A stretch of 64,000 bases of DNA from Candidatus Sulfomarinibacteraceae bacterium (GTDB lineage: Bacteria; Acidobacteriota; Thermoanaerobaculia; Thermoanaerobaculales; Sulfomarinibacteraceae): NCBI GenBank assembly GCA_963796455.1, contig CAWCLO010000001.1, positions 416,001 through 480,000 of the forward strand. Direction: 5' to 3'. The position numbers were made by a program, and so were the translations under genes. Below, one piece after another: positions 32,409 through 42,013 of the stretch (positions are counted from its first letter, which is position 1; each line of letters starts with the position of its first letter). The notes beneath the pieces are model-generated. The model was not told the origin of the DNA. It worked only from the letters and a program-made list of their open reading frames with translations, and did no database searches.

Positions 32409-34787
32409 ATGCCGAACAACAGTTTCCGCTATTGGATCATCATCGGAATCTTTGTGCTGAGCGTCTGGGTCATCGGAACCGTTCCCGCGTCTGCCCAGGT
32501 TTCTCTGGTCAAGGACATCAATCCCGGTGAAGGCCCCTCGAATGGCGTTGGCGTGACCGCCTTTGGTTCGAAGATCCTTTTCAGCGCCGACGACGGGACC
32601 TACGGTCAGGAACCATGGGTGAGCGACGGCACAGCAGAGGGCACCTTCATGCTCGCCGACATCGTGATTGCCAATGACCCTCAGGGTTACTGCGGCGACG
32701 CTTCGAATCCGGTGAACTTCATCCAGGTGGGAGACGCCGCCTACTTTTCCGCGACGGACTATTGGGATGAGACCAACCCCTCCTATCCATTCTGCAGGAA
32801 ATCGGTTTGGACGACTGACGGCACGTCACTCGGCACAGCAGCGACCACCGTCCTTCAACGAGATCCCTCGAACTGGGCCTTCGCATCGATGGGAGGAGCC
32901 CTCTATCTGCGCGGTTGGGACCCCGACTACGGCGAAGAGATCTGGAAGATCGACGGTGGCAACCAGTACATGATCAAGGACGTCGAGCCCGGAACACTCG
33001 GGTCCTCGCCCGGTCATTTCAACGTAGTGAGCCTCGACGGGCTCGGAGACCGCCTGTTTTTTTCCGCCACCACTCAGCTGGAGGGATTTCACCCGTGGAT
33101 TAGCGCTGGCCTCCCTGGAAACACCGAACTGCTGAAGGTCATCAACGAAATCTCCGGTAATTCGGGAACGGGGTACTTCGAGGGCTTTCACGGCAAGGCG
33201 TGGTTCGGGGCCGATGAAGGAGTCAACGGCAACGAACTCTGGGTTTCGGACGGCACGACCGCCGGCACCACCCAATTCAAGGATTTGAACACCGGCCCGT
33301 CAAGCAGCAACCCCCAAAACTTCACTGTCGTCGACGACCAGATGTTCTTTCTCGCCACCTTCGAGAGCTATGGTTTCCAGCTCTGGGTCACCGACGGGAC
33401 GATCGAAAACACCCACATGGTCTTCGACCCCACATCCGAACCGACCCCGTCCGATATCCACGAGCCGATCGCGTTGAACGGCAAGCTGTATTTCTCGGCG
33501 TACACCTCCGGGACTGGTCGTGAGTTGTGGGTCAGCGACGGAACCGCCGTCGGGACGTTCATGATCACGGACATCTATCCGGGCGGCAATTCCTCTGACC
33601 CAACCTGGCTCACCGCGGCTGACGGCAAGTTGTTCTTTTCTGCCTACACACCCGGAGCCTATCGTGAGCTGTGGGTGAGCAACGGCACCGCCGAGGGCAC
33701 GATGATGGTGGAGGACCTCTACCCTGGAGGCACCTACCTCGACCAACACTCGTCGTGGCCTAACTACCTCCTGCCCGTGGGCGACACTTTGTTCTTCTTC
33801 GCCACCAACGATACGGTCGGCACCGAGCTGTGGAAACTGCCGCTGACCGACATCGTGACCACCCCGGATACCCCGAGCGGAACCGCAACGGGCCCCATCG
33901 ACACCAGCTTTTCCTACTCCACCGGCGGGTCCATTTCAATCGAGGGCAATGATGTCCAGTATCGGTTCCACTGGGACGACGAGACCTCGAGCGATTGGCT
34001 CACGGTCGGCGCCGTGTCGGCCGACCATTCGTGGAGCGAAGCGGGGACGTACACCGTCACTGCCGAGGGCCGCTCGGCGAGCGAGACCGGGATCGTTTCC
34101 AGGATCTCCGCAGGATTCGATGTGGAGATCACCGATGACGAGGTCATCGACGCAGCGGATGTCATTGGCCCGGCGGAAGGCTGGGAGGGTGTGAGCTATG
34201 AATACACCTTCGGAGCCACATCGTCCAAGGGACATCAGCTGCAGTACTCGATCAACTGGGGTGACGGCGAGATCACCGAATGGGCCGACCTGATTGGCGA
34301 GCCGCCATCCGTCACCGCCTCCCACACCTGGACTGAAGCTGGTTGGAAAGCTGTCGTGTTCACCGTCAAGTGCGCGTCAGACACCGAGGTCGAGACCTAT
34401 TCCGCAATCAACATCAATATCACCGTGGAACCGGCCGAGGAGATCACGTCGGCGGTCGTAACGGGGCCGACTTCCGGGTTTGTTGGGGCCGAGTACACCT
34501 TCACACTCAGCGCGACCACCAACAAAGACCACGATCTCGAGTATCTCATCCATTGGGGCGACGGGACCCCCGAAGCATGGGTCGCCTTCGGATCCGGACT
34601 GACATCGATCGAAATATCACACTCCTGGAGCTTCACGGACAGCTTTCCGGTCGATGCCGAAGTCCGTTGTATCGCCCACCAGATCGGGTCCCTCGAGTCA
34701 GTCGGCGTCACCATCGAGATCTCCGATCCACCACCGGGCTGGATCTTCGCTGACGGATTCGAGTCCGGTAATACAGAAGCCTGGTAG
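32409..34787 (+). CDS. ELWxxDGT-repeat propeller protein with PKD-like domains and C-terminal IFADGFESG motif
   Basis: Repeats EPWVSDGT, ELWVSDGT, QLWVTDGT. Three YxxxWxDx...HxW PKD-like units. Signal peptide; GAGGAG SD before ATG 32409. Confidence 0.9.
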   Translation: MPNNSFRYWIIIGIFVLSVWVIGTVPASAQVSLVKDINPGEGPSNGVGVTAFGSKILFSADDGTYGQEPWVSDGTAEGTFMLADIVIANDPQGYCGDASNPVNFIQVGDAAYFSATDYWDETNPSYPFCRKSVWTTDGTSLGTAATTVLQRDPSNWAFASMGGALYLRGWDPDYGEEIWKIDGGNQYMIKDVEPGTLGSSPGHFNVVSLDGLGDRLFFSATTQLEGFHPWISAGLPGNTELLKVINEISGNSGTGYFEGFHGKAWFGADEGVNGNELWVSDGTTAGTTQFKDLNTGPSSSNPQNFTVVDDQMFFLATFESYGFQLWVTDGTIENTHMVFDPTSEPTPSDIHEPIALNGKLYFSAYTSGTGRELWVSDGTAVGTFMITDIYPGGNSSDPTWLTAADGKLFFSAYTPGAYRELWVSNGTAEGTMMVEDLYPGGTYLDQHSSWPNYLLPVGDTLFFFATNDTVGTELWKLPLTDIVTTPDTPSGTATGPIDTSFSYSTGGSISIEGNDVQYRFHWDDETSSDWLTVGAVSADHSWSEAGTYTVTAEGRSASETGIVSRISAGFDVEITDDEVIDAADVIGPAEGWEGVSYEYTFGATSSKGHQLQYSINWGDGEITEWADLIGEPPSVTASHTWTEAGWKAVVFTVKCASDTEVETYSAININITVEPAEEITSAVVTGPTSGFVGAEYTFTLSATTNKDHDLEYLIHWGDGTPEAWVAFGSGLTSIEISHSWSFTDSFPVDAEVRCIAHQIGSLESVGVTIEISDPPPGWIFADGFESGNTEAW

Positions 34788-34808
34788 ACCGATCAGAAAG
34801 GAATTCCC

Positions 34809-35003
34809 ATGGAATCGAAACAGATCTACGAACTGGTTCACTCCCCCACCCCAGGCGATCTTTCAGCAGCTGTAGATGACCGCATCGGCGACGGCTGGTG
34901 GCCGGTCGGCAGGCCGTTTGTCCATGGTGAACAATTCATCCAGGCAATGGTTCTCGACCGGTCCTCAGACGACCCCCTAAAGGACACGGAGAGTGATGCC
35001 TGA
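34809..35003 (+). CDS. Small DUF1737-like protein
   Basis: LSAAVDDRIGDGWWPVGRPF...FIQAMV resembles DUF1737. AAGGA SD. Confidence 0.65.
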   Translation: MESKQIYELVHSPTPGDLSAAVDDRIGDGWWPVGRPFVHGEQFIQAMVLDRSSDDPLKDTESDA

Positions 35004-35105
35004 GCGGCATCACGCGAGCCACCGGACTGACTTGACACTGCTTTCATTGCGCGGAGTCTGTGACGAAGCGAGCGACACCTTGCACATCAGCCTCGATGGA
35101 AACGA

Positions 35106-35136
35106 AAACGGGGCGCCTTCCGGCGCCCCGTTTGTT
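35106..35136. terminator. Bidirectional intrinsic terminator
   Basis: AAACGGGGCGCC-TTCC-GGCGCCCCGTTT between convergent genes. Confidence 0.85.
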
Positions 35137-36604
35137 TCATAGGTATTCTTCGAGGAGTCCCGTGCGGTCGTTGAACTCATCGATCTGACGGTCCCATTCT
35201 TCCCACGCGTGCCAATGGGTGGTCCAGTACTCATCGTCGTACCACTGGGCGTCGAGCTCCTCCACCGTCTTGCCCTGTTGCTCGACCCATGTGAAGTATT
35301 TGAGGTTGTGGATCCGCCGGCGGTCCCAGTACCCGAGTTCCTGCAGGTGGTCCACACCGGCGCCCAGGAGGTGGCGTTCGTGGTCGACTGCAGCCGCTGT
35401 CGGGCTGTAGGCACCGTGAAGGTCCGCTTTCCTCTTCAACCCGGGAACCGTACATTTCGACCGAATCGGTGGCGACGGTGAAGAGCATGTCCCGATCGCT
35501 CATCTCGAAGAACTTGGCTGTCTTGACCGCCGTCAGGAGATTGGCGATGGAAGAGATACCAAGCAGACCAAGGCGATCCACCAGCTCCGAGGCTACACCC
35601 TGCGCCTCGAGGTACGTCCTCCCCTCGGTCTCGTTGAAGAGCCGCAGCAGGTTCATACACGCTTGATCGTCGATCCCGGCAACCACGTCGGTGTTCTTGA
35701 TGTTGTGAATCCACGGGACGTGTTTGTCGCCGATGCCTTCGATCCGGTGCGCTCCGTAGCCGTTGGACAGAAGGGTGGGGCACTGCAGCGCTTCCGCTGC
35801 CACGACTTTAAGACGCGGGTGGACCTCACGAAGGTACTCGGCGCATCCGAGGGTTCCCGCCGACCCCTGGGTGAGGCAGACGCCCGCAAAGCGGGATCCT
35901 TCGTTCCCTTCGGATTCAAAGACCTCCTGCATGGCGCGGCCGGTGCAGACGTAGTGCCAGATCGCGTTGCCGAATTCGGCAAACTGGTTGAGGACGACGA
36001 TTCCATCGCCACGTTCGGCCTCGAGCTCTTTGACCTTGTCGTAGATCTCCTTGACGTTGGACTCCGAACCCGGTGTCGCGAAAATCTCGGAACCGAGCTT
36101 CTCCAACCACTCGAAACGTTCTCTGGACATGCCCTCGGGGAGAACGGCGATCGACGGGCAGGCCAGGAGGGCCGCGTCATAGGCGCCGCCGCGGCAGTAG
36201 TTCCCGGTGGAGGGCCAAAGGGCTTTCTGAGTCGTGGGATCGAAGGCCCCGCGAATCAGTTTTTCCACCAGCGGGCCGAAGGTCGCTCCGACCTTGTGCG
36301 CCCCGGTCGGGAAGAACTTCCCAACCAACATGAAGATCCTCGCATCGACACCGGTCAACTCTCGCGGCAGCTCGACGAAGTTGATACCGCCGAATCCGCC
36401 ACCGGTCTCGATGGGTTCGTTCTTCCAGGTGATTCGGAAGAGATTGCGGGGGTGGAGATCCCACAGACCCACACTCTTCAACTCGGTTCGGATCCCTTCC
36501 GGAACGAGCGATGGATCCGTCATCTGACGATAGGTCGGGATGATGATGTTGCGCTCCCGACAGCGCTGGATTGTGTTTTCGAGGACTTCTTCCGGATTTC
36601 GCAT
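35137..36604 (-). CDS. PLP-dependent fold-type II enzyme (cysteine synthase/threonine dehydratase superfamily), frameshifted near 35,429
   Basis: PTGAHKVGA (PLP lysine), PSTGNYCRGG, GSAGTLG and HRIEGIGDKH. The C-terminus (RRRIHNLKYFTWVEQQGK) continues in ORF 35137..35439 in another frame. Confidence 0.8.
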
Positions 36605-36700
36605 GTTTCAGGGGTCCCTTCGGGCGGCAGAAAATTGACGGCCGGACTATAGTACACGTCGGCTCACCCGCCAATCGGATGAGCAATATTGGGAGGACCA

Positions 36701-37897
36701 ATGGACCGAGGAAAACAAGCACTCGAAGCAGCCAGAAGTTACGAAGACAGGATTGTCCGATTTCTCCGCGAAATGATCGCGATCCCGGCCGAGAGCTGCC
36801 GCGAAGAAAAGCGTTGCGAACGGGTCAAAAAGGAGTACGAGGATCTCGGGTTCGACGAGGTCTTCTTCGACGGTCTGGGCACTGTGGTGGCTCGTATCGG
36901 CAATGGCGAACGGAAAATTCTCTATGACGGCCACATCGATTGTGTCGGCGTCGGTGATCCGGCATCCTGGGACTTCGATCCCTTCGAAGGCAAACACGAG
37001 GACGGCCACATCTGGGGTCGCGGCGCCGTCGATGAATTGCCGGCCATTGCCGGGATGGCTTACGGCGCGAAAATTCTCGCCGACCGCGGCCTCCCATCGG
37101 GAGTGAGCTTGTATCTCACGGCATCGGTCATGGAAGAGGACTGCGACGGTTATTGCATGCGCCATCTGATCGAGAACGAGGGCATCCGACCTGATCTTGT
37201 TGTTCTCGGTGAACCTACCGATCTCGATATCTACCGGGGCCAACGCGGCCGTCTCGAAGCGACCATCACCACCCGCGGTGTCTCGGCGCACGGCGCTCAC
37301 GCCCATCTCGGCGTCAACGCGCTGTACAAGATGGCGCCCATCATTTCCGATGTGGAAGAACTCAATGGAGGGCTCGCGGAGGACGCTTTTCTCGGCAAAG
37401 GATCGATCATCGTGTCATCGATCGAGTGCACGACGCCGTCGCTCAACGCAGTGCCCGACTCGGCGCGAATCTATATCGACCGGCGCCTGACCATCGGTGA
37501 AACCGAAGAAATCGCCATGGCGGAACTGCGGGCCCTCCCCCACCTCGGAGACGCCGAGGTCGAGTTGCTCGAGTACGACGCCGTGAGCTGGCGCGGCACC
37601 AACGCGAAGCAGCCCAAGTACTACCCGACCTGGGTTCTTGACGAGGATCACGAACTTGTTCAGGGGACGGCAACCGCTACCGAAGAGGTCCTGGGCGAGA
37701 GACCGAAAATCTCGCGCTGGCATTTTTCGACCAACGGCGTTGCGACCATGGGTCTCTATGGCATTCCAACCATCGGCTTTGCCCCCGGGCGCGAAGAGCT
37801 CGCCCACACGACGCAGGAGCGAGTCTCTGTCGATGACCTCGTCAAAGCAACCGCGGTCTATTCTCTGATTCCGGAAAACTTGTCTGCCGCAAAATGA
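36701..37897 (+). CDS. YgeY-family M20 metallo-amidohydrolase
   Basis: YDGHIDCVG, GRGAVD, VMEEDCDG, GEPTDLDIYRGQRGR, FSTNGV and E-x-LAH. GGAGG SD before ATG 36701. Confidence 0.9.
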   Translation: MDRGKQALEAARSYEDRIVRFLREMIAIPAESCREEKRCERVKKEYEDLGFDEVFFDGLGTVVARIGNGERKILYDGHIDCVGVGDPASWDFDPFEGKHEDGHIWGRGAVDELPAIAGMAYGAKILADRGLPSGVSLYLTASVMEEDCDGYCMRHLIENEGIRPDLVVLGEPTDLDIYRGQRGRLEATITTRGVSAHGAHAHLGVNALYKMAPIISDVEELNGGLAEDAFLGKGSIIVSSIECTTPSLNAVPDSARIYIDRRLTIGETEEIAMAELRALPHLGDAEVELLEYDAVSWRGTNAKQPKYYPTWVLDEDHELVQGTATATEEVLGERPKISRWHFSTNGVATMGLYGIPTIGFAPGREELAHTTQERVSVDDLVKATAVYSLIPENLSAAK

Positions 37898-38322
37898 AAA
37901 ACCACAGAGACACAGAGTCACAGAGTCGGACACAGAGAGAACCGATCTCTGACGCGGTGAACGAAATCTCGGGATTGATCATCGATGCCGCGTACCAGGT
38001 GCATGCCAATCTAGGCCCCGGCCTTCTGGAGAGTGTCTACGAACGATGTCTCGAATATGAATTGAAATGTCGTGGTCTTAATGTCGAGCGGCAGGTGAAC
38101 GTGCCGCTGATTTACAAAGAACTCGAGTTCGACTGTGGTTTTCGAATCGACTTATTGGTTGAGGGCTGTGTCGTCGTGGAACTCAAAGCAACTGAAGCAA
38201 TCGTCCCGGTTCATACGGCGCAGATTCTCACCTACCTGAAGATAACCGGCCATCGCGTCGGGTTGGTCCTCAATTTCAATCAAGCCACTCTCAAAGAAGG
38301 AATTCACCGAGTGGCTCTATAA
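37894..38322 (+). CDS. GxxExxY protein (PD-(D/E)XK-like)
   Basis: VHANLGPGLLESVYE, RIDLLVEGCVVVELK, AQILTYLK...GLVLNF. Confidence 0.9.
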   Translation: MKNHRDTESQSRTQREPISDAVNEISGLIIDAAYQVHANLGPGLLESVYERCLEYELKCRGLNVERQVNVPLIYKELEFDCGFRIDLLVEGCVVVELKATEAIVPVHTAQILTYLKITGHRVGLVLNFNQATLKEGIHRVAL

Positions 38323-38391
38323 AAACTCTGTGCAACCCTCTGTGCCTCTGTGCCTCTGTGGTTGCACGCGAGACGCAACAGGAGATTCAAT

Positions 38392-39363
38392 ATGACACTC
38401 AAAGGCAAAGACTTCATTACCACGCAAGACTGGTCGGTCGACGAGCTGACGGAGGCGCTCGAGTTGGCGGCACAGCTCAAGGCCGACCGTGCGGCCGGAA
38501 AACCAACCGATCTGCTGGTGGCCAAGACCCTCTATATGATCTTCTTCGATGCATCGACCCGGACCCGCAATTCCTTCGAAACCGGGATCACCCAACTCGG
38601 GGGCCACGGGATCTATCTGTCGCCCGACAAGATGCAGATCAGTCACGGCGAAAACGCCCAGGACACGGCCAACGTGTTGTCGCGTTACGGTGAGGGCATC
38701 GCGATCCGTCATTGCGCCTTTGGTGAAGGCAACGGCTATATCAACGACGTCGCGCACCACGCCTCGATTCCCGTGATGTCCATGCAATGCGATGTGTATC
38801 ACCCGTGCCAGATCCTCGCCGATCTCCTGACGATCCGCGAGAAGCACGGCACCAATACCAAGGGCCTCAAGCTCGGCGTGGCATGGACCTCCGCGCCCAA
38901 CTACGTGCGGCCGCTTTCGGTGCCGCAGAGCCTCATCCTGCTCATGCCCCGATTCGGAATCGACGTGACCCTGGCCTACCCGCCCGAATTCAAATTGATG
39001 CCGGAGATTGAGGCCCAGGCCCAGGCCAACGCCGAGGCCGGCGGTTCCACCTTCCGGATCTCCCACGATTTCGAGGAGGCCTTCACCGATGCCAACGTCG
39101 TGGTGCCTAAATCATGGGGACCCCTCATGACCACCCAGGACACCGCCGAGGGTCTCTCGCTGATCGAGAAGTACCCGACCTGGCGCTGCGACTCCAGCCA
39201 CATGGCCCTCGGCTCCGACGACCTGATCTATATGCATCCCCTGCCTGCCGACCGCGGCCGTGAGGTCACCGACGAGGTCATCGACGGCCCGCAGTCGGTC
39301 GTCTACGACGAAGCCGAGAACCGCCTCCACGTGCAGAAGGCGCTGATGGCGCTGACGATGTAA
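38392..39363 (+). CDS. Carbamoyltransferase of the OTCase superfamily, YgeW/N-acylornithine (knotted)-like
   Basis: STRTRNSF, HPCQILAD, YVRPLSVPQS (YgeW-like loop) and MHPLPADRG. GGAG SD before ATG 38392. Confidence 0.85.
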   Translation: MTLKGKDFITTQDWSVDELTEALELAAQLKADRAAGKPTDLLVAKTLYMIFFDASTRTRNSFETGITQLGGHGIYLSPDKMQISHGENAQDTANVLSRYGEGIAIRHCAFGEGNGYINDVAHHASIPVMSMQCDVYHPCQILADLLTIREKHGTNTKGLKLGVAWTSAPNYVRPLSVPQSLILLMPRFGIDVTLAYPPEFKLMPEIEAQAQANAEAGGSTFRISHDFEEAFTDANVVVPKSWGPLMTTQDTAEGLSLIEKYPTWRCDSSHMALGSDDLIYMHPLPADRGREVTDEVIDGPQSVVYDEAENRLHVQKALMALTM

Positions 39364-39394
39364 ACAAGCATCGCTGGTCTCAGAGTCCAAGTTG

Positions 39395-39640
39395 CAACGA
39401 CAGCGACAGTGTCCAGCGACCGCAACGGAGAGCAGCGACCGGGAACAGCGATCAGTGTGCAGCGGTCAGGAGTCCAGTTCTCCGAACCAGTCAGACTGAA
39501 CGCGCGCTCTGATCGCAGTCGCTGAAAACTGTTCGCTGCCCCTGTTCGCTGTCGCTGTTTGCCGTTGCCTGTCGCTGTCCATGAACCCTTTACGAGACCC
39601 TGTCTTGGACACGAGTGATCCAGCATCCAGCATCCAGTAT
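39395..39640. repeat. Palindromic CAGCGA/TCGCTG cassette, empty copy
   Basis: Left arm rich in CAGCGA(C), right arm rich in (G)TCGCTG, then TGTCTTGGACAxGAGTGATCC and CAGCATC repeats. These blocks recur at 54,097-54,660. Confidence 0.7.
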
Positions 39641-39678
39641 CTGCCGATACTCCGATCTCGGCTCGCCTGACATCAATC

Positions 39679-39706
39679 TTGACCTCCAGCACGAACCGGG
39701 CATACT
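39679..39706 (+). promoter_or_regulatory. Putative sigma70 promoter of the ammonia-lyase gene
   Basis: TTGACC-16 nt-CATACT. Confidence 0.4.
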
Positions 39707-39821
39707 GAATTCACGCGGACCGGCGGCCATGAGGGCATCCGGTTGCTGCGGGGTGGGCGGGAGCGACCATGACCCTTCCGGGTCGGCGCTCCGCTTGTCC
39801 CGGAAGCAACAGGAGGTGTTC

Positions 39822-41351
39822 ATGGCCATTTCCATCAGCGGCGAAAATCTCAGCATCGAAGACGTCGTCGCGGTTGCTCGAAACCGCGAACCCGTCGAAC
39901 TCTCAACCGACTCGATCGATCGAATCCGCCATTGCAGGGCCTTTCTCGAACGGAGGCTCGAGGCGAAGGAGATCATGTACGGAGTCAACACCGGCATCGG
40001 CGAGTTTTCCGAGGTCGTTCTCTCCGACGATCAGGTCCGCGAATTCCAGCGCTATCTGATCTACAACCATGCTGCTGGGATCGGAGATCCGTGTCCTGAA
40101 GACTGGATCCGCGCGGCGATACTGCTGCGGATCAATGTCCACGCCCACGGCCACTCGGGTTGCCGGCCCGAGATCACCGCCACCCTTGTGGAGATGCTCA
40201 ACAAGGGTGTCACGCCGGTGGTCTGCGAAAAGGGGTCGGTTGGTGCCTGCGGTGACCTCGCGCCGATGAGCCAGATCGCCCTCCTCATGATGGGTGAAGG
40301 CGAGGCGTTTTATGAGGGTTCGAGAATGTCGGGAGGAGCTGCTCTCGAAAAGGCCGGCATCCCGGTCCCCGGGCTCGAGGCCCGCGACGGTCTGGCGGTC
40401 ATCAACGGGTCCAACCTGACCAACGCCATCGGCTGCCTCACGGTCTGGGACAGCGAACGATTCATCAAACAGGCCGAGATCGCCTGCGCCATGAGTCTCG
40501 AGGCATTACGCGCCAACCTGAAGCCCTACGACAGCCGTCTCCATGAATTGCGCGGTTTCCGCGGCGCCGTCGCTTCGGCCGCCAATATCCGTGCGGTGCT
40601 GGATGGCTCCGATCTGTTGAGCGGCAAAGAAAAGGTCAAAGTGCAGGACGCCTATTCGATGCGGTCTTCTCCGCAGGTGATCGGGGCCGCTCGCGACCAG
40701 CTGCGTTGGACTCGCGAACAGCTCGAAATCGAGGCCAACGGCGTTGGCGACAATCCGATATTCCTTCCCGAGGACGACGTGGTTCTGACCGGCGCCAATT
40801 TTCAGGGCACTCCGGTGAGCATGCCCCTCGATACTCTCGGAGGCGCTGTGACCATGGTCTGTGTCCTGTCGGAGCGACGCCTCAACCGGCTGACCAATCC
40901 TGCTTTGAGCGCCGGTCTCCCACCATTCCTCACAGATGGCGCAGGGATGTTTTCGGGAATGATGTTGAGCCAGTACACCGCCGATATGCAGATCGTGGAA
41001 CAGAAGATTCTCTCCAGCCCGGCCTTTATCCAGTCCATTCCGGCGGCGGCCGACCAGGAGGATTTTGTGTCGATGGGGATGAACTCGGCCCTCAAGACCC
41101 GCACGATCCTCGGCAACGCCTACGGGATTCTCGGTATCGAGTTCATGGCGGCCGCACAGGGGCTGGATTTCCGAACCTTCGAACCGGGACGGGGCACCCG
41201 GGCTGCCCACGCGGCAGTGCGGCGAAACGTCGACCACCTGGGCGAGGACCGGCCGCTCTTCCCGGATCACAATGTGATGAAGGATACGGTCGAGCGCCTC
41301 GATATTCTCGCGGCGGTCGAGTCGGAGATCGGAGAGCTGACGGCGTACTGA
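39822..41351 (+). CDS. Aromatic amino acid/histidine ammonia-lyase family protein (MIO tripeptide Ala-Cys-Gly)
   Basis: MYGVNTGIG, NHAAGIG, GSVGACGDLAP, INGS, QDAYSMR, DNP, GANFQG and QEDFVSMG. AGGAGG SD. Confidence 0.9.
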   Translation: MAISISGENLSIEDVVAVARNREPVELSTDSIDRIRHCRAFLERRLEAKEIMYGVNTGIGEFSEVVLSDDQVREFQRYLIYNHAAGIGDPCPEDWIRAAILLRINVHAHGHSGCRPEITATLVEMLNKGVTPVVCEKGSVGACGDLAPMSQIALLMMGEGEAFYEGSRMSGGAALEKAGIPVPGLEARDGLAVINGSNLTNAIGCLTVWDSERFIKQAEIACAMSLEALRANLKPYDSRLHELRGFRGAVASAANIRAVLDGSDLLSGKEKVKVQDAYSMRSSPQVIGAARDQLRWTREQLEIEANGVGDNPIFLPEDDVVLTGANFQGTPVSMPLDTLGGAVTMVCVLSERRLNRLTNPALSAGLPPFLTDGAGMFSGMMLSQYTADMQIVEQKILSSPAFIQSIPAAADQEDFVSMGMNSALKTRTILGNAYGILGIEFMAAAQGLDFRTFEPGRGTRAAHAAVRRNVDHLGEDRPLFPDHNVMKDTVERLDILAAVESEIGELTAY

Positions 41352-41651
41352 CGAGCCCTCCTCGCAGAGGAGAAAGGGAGAGGGGGAGAAAGGGAGAAAG
41401 GGAGACGGCCCCGTCTCTTGATGCTCGATGCTCGATTCTGGATGCTGGATGCTGGAATCCTTTCCCAGATCGCAGAGGGGCATGGGGGCGGAGGATCGGA
41501 GGCGGCGCTCGCTATCGCTATCGGAATCGCTATCGCTATCGATGGGCAACGGTTGATTCATCTTTCTTACCCCAATCGCAATTCGTACGCTTTCCCGAAA
41601 GGGAGAACCACCCATCACGGATGGTCCCTGCACGTGAATGTCGCCTCCCCA

Positions 41652-41770
41652 TGTCATCCTGAGCGGAGCCCCACAGGGGCGTAGTCGAAGGATCTATGAG
41701 ACGGACCGCAACGCCCGTGAGCCGCAGATCCTTCGACTCCGCGCTCGAAGCGCTGCGCTCAGGATGACAT
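41652..41770. repeat. REP-like palindromic element (GTCATCCTGAGCG...CGCTCAGGATGAC)
   Basis: TGTCATCCTGAGCG...AGTCGAAGGATCT / AGATCCTTCGACT...CGCTCAGGATGACA inverted arms. Confidence 0.85.
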
Positions 41771-41850
41771 ATTGAAAAGGCCCACTGATAAAGTTCCGGA
41801 TGAGACGAAAGGAAGATCAACGAGGGTCGATAAACGTGATAAGGGCCGGG

Positions 41851-41968
41851 GCTCCTCTGCTCCTCTGCTCCTCTGCTCCTCTGCTCCTCTGCTCCTCTGC
41901 TCCTCTGCTCCTCTGCTCCTCTGCTCCTCTGCTCCTCTGCTCCTCTGCTCCTGCTCCTCTGCTCCTCT
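41851..41968. repeat. Tandem octamer repeat (GCTCCTCT)n
   Basis: Twelve perfect units, one 6-nt unit, then two more units. Confidence 0.95.
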
Positions 41969-42013
41969 GCTGCCTTTCAGCACCGGCTCCGGCGGATGCC
42001 TTACAATCCCCCC

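Noticed and set aside
39615..39821. N-terminal extension of the ammonia-lyase ORF
   Set aside because: It translates repeat and leader DNA. AGGAGG-ATG at 39,822 is the plausible start.
41851..41968. Regular repeat array as a possible CRISPR
   Set aside because: Pure 8-nt tandem repeat with no unique spacers and no cas genes.
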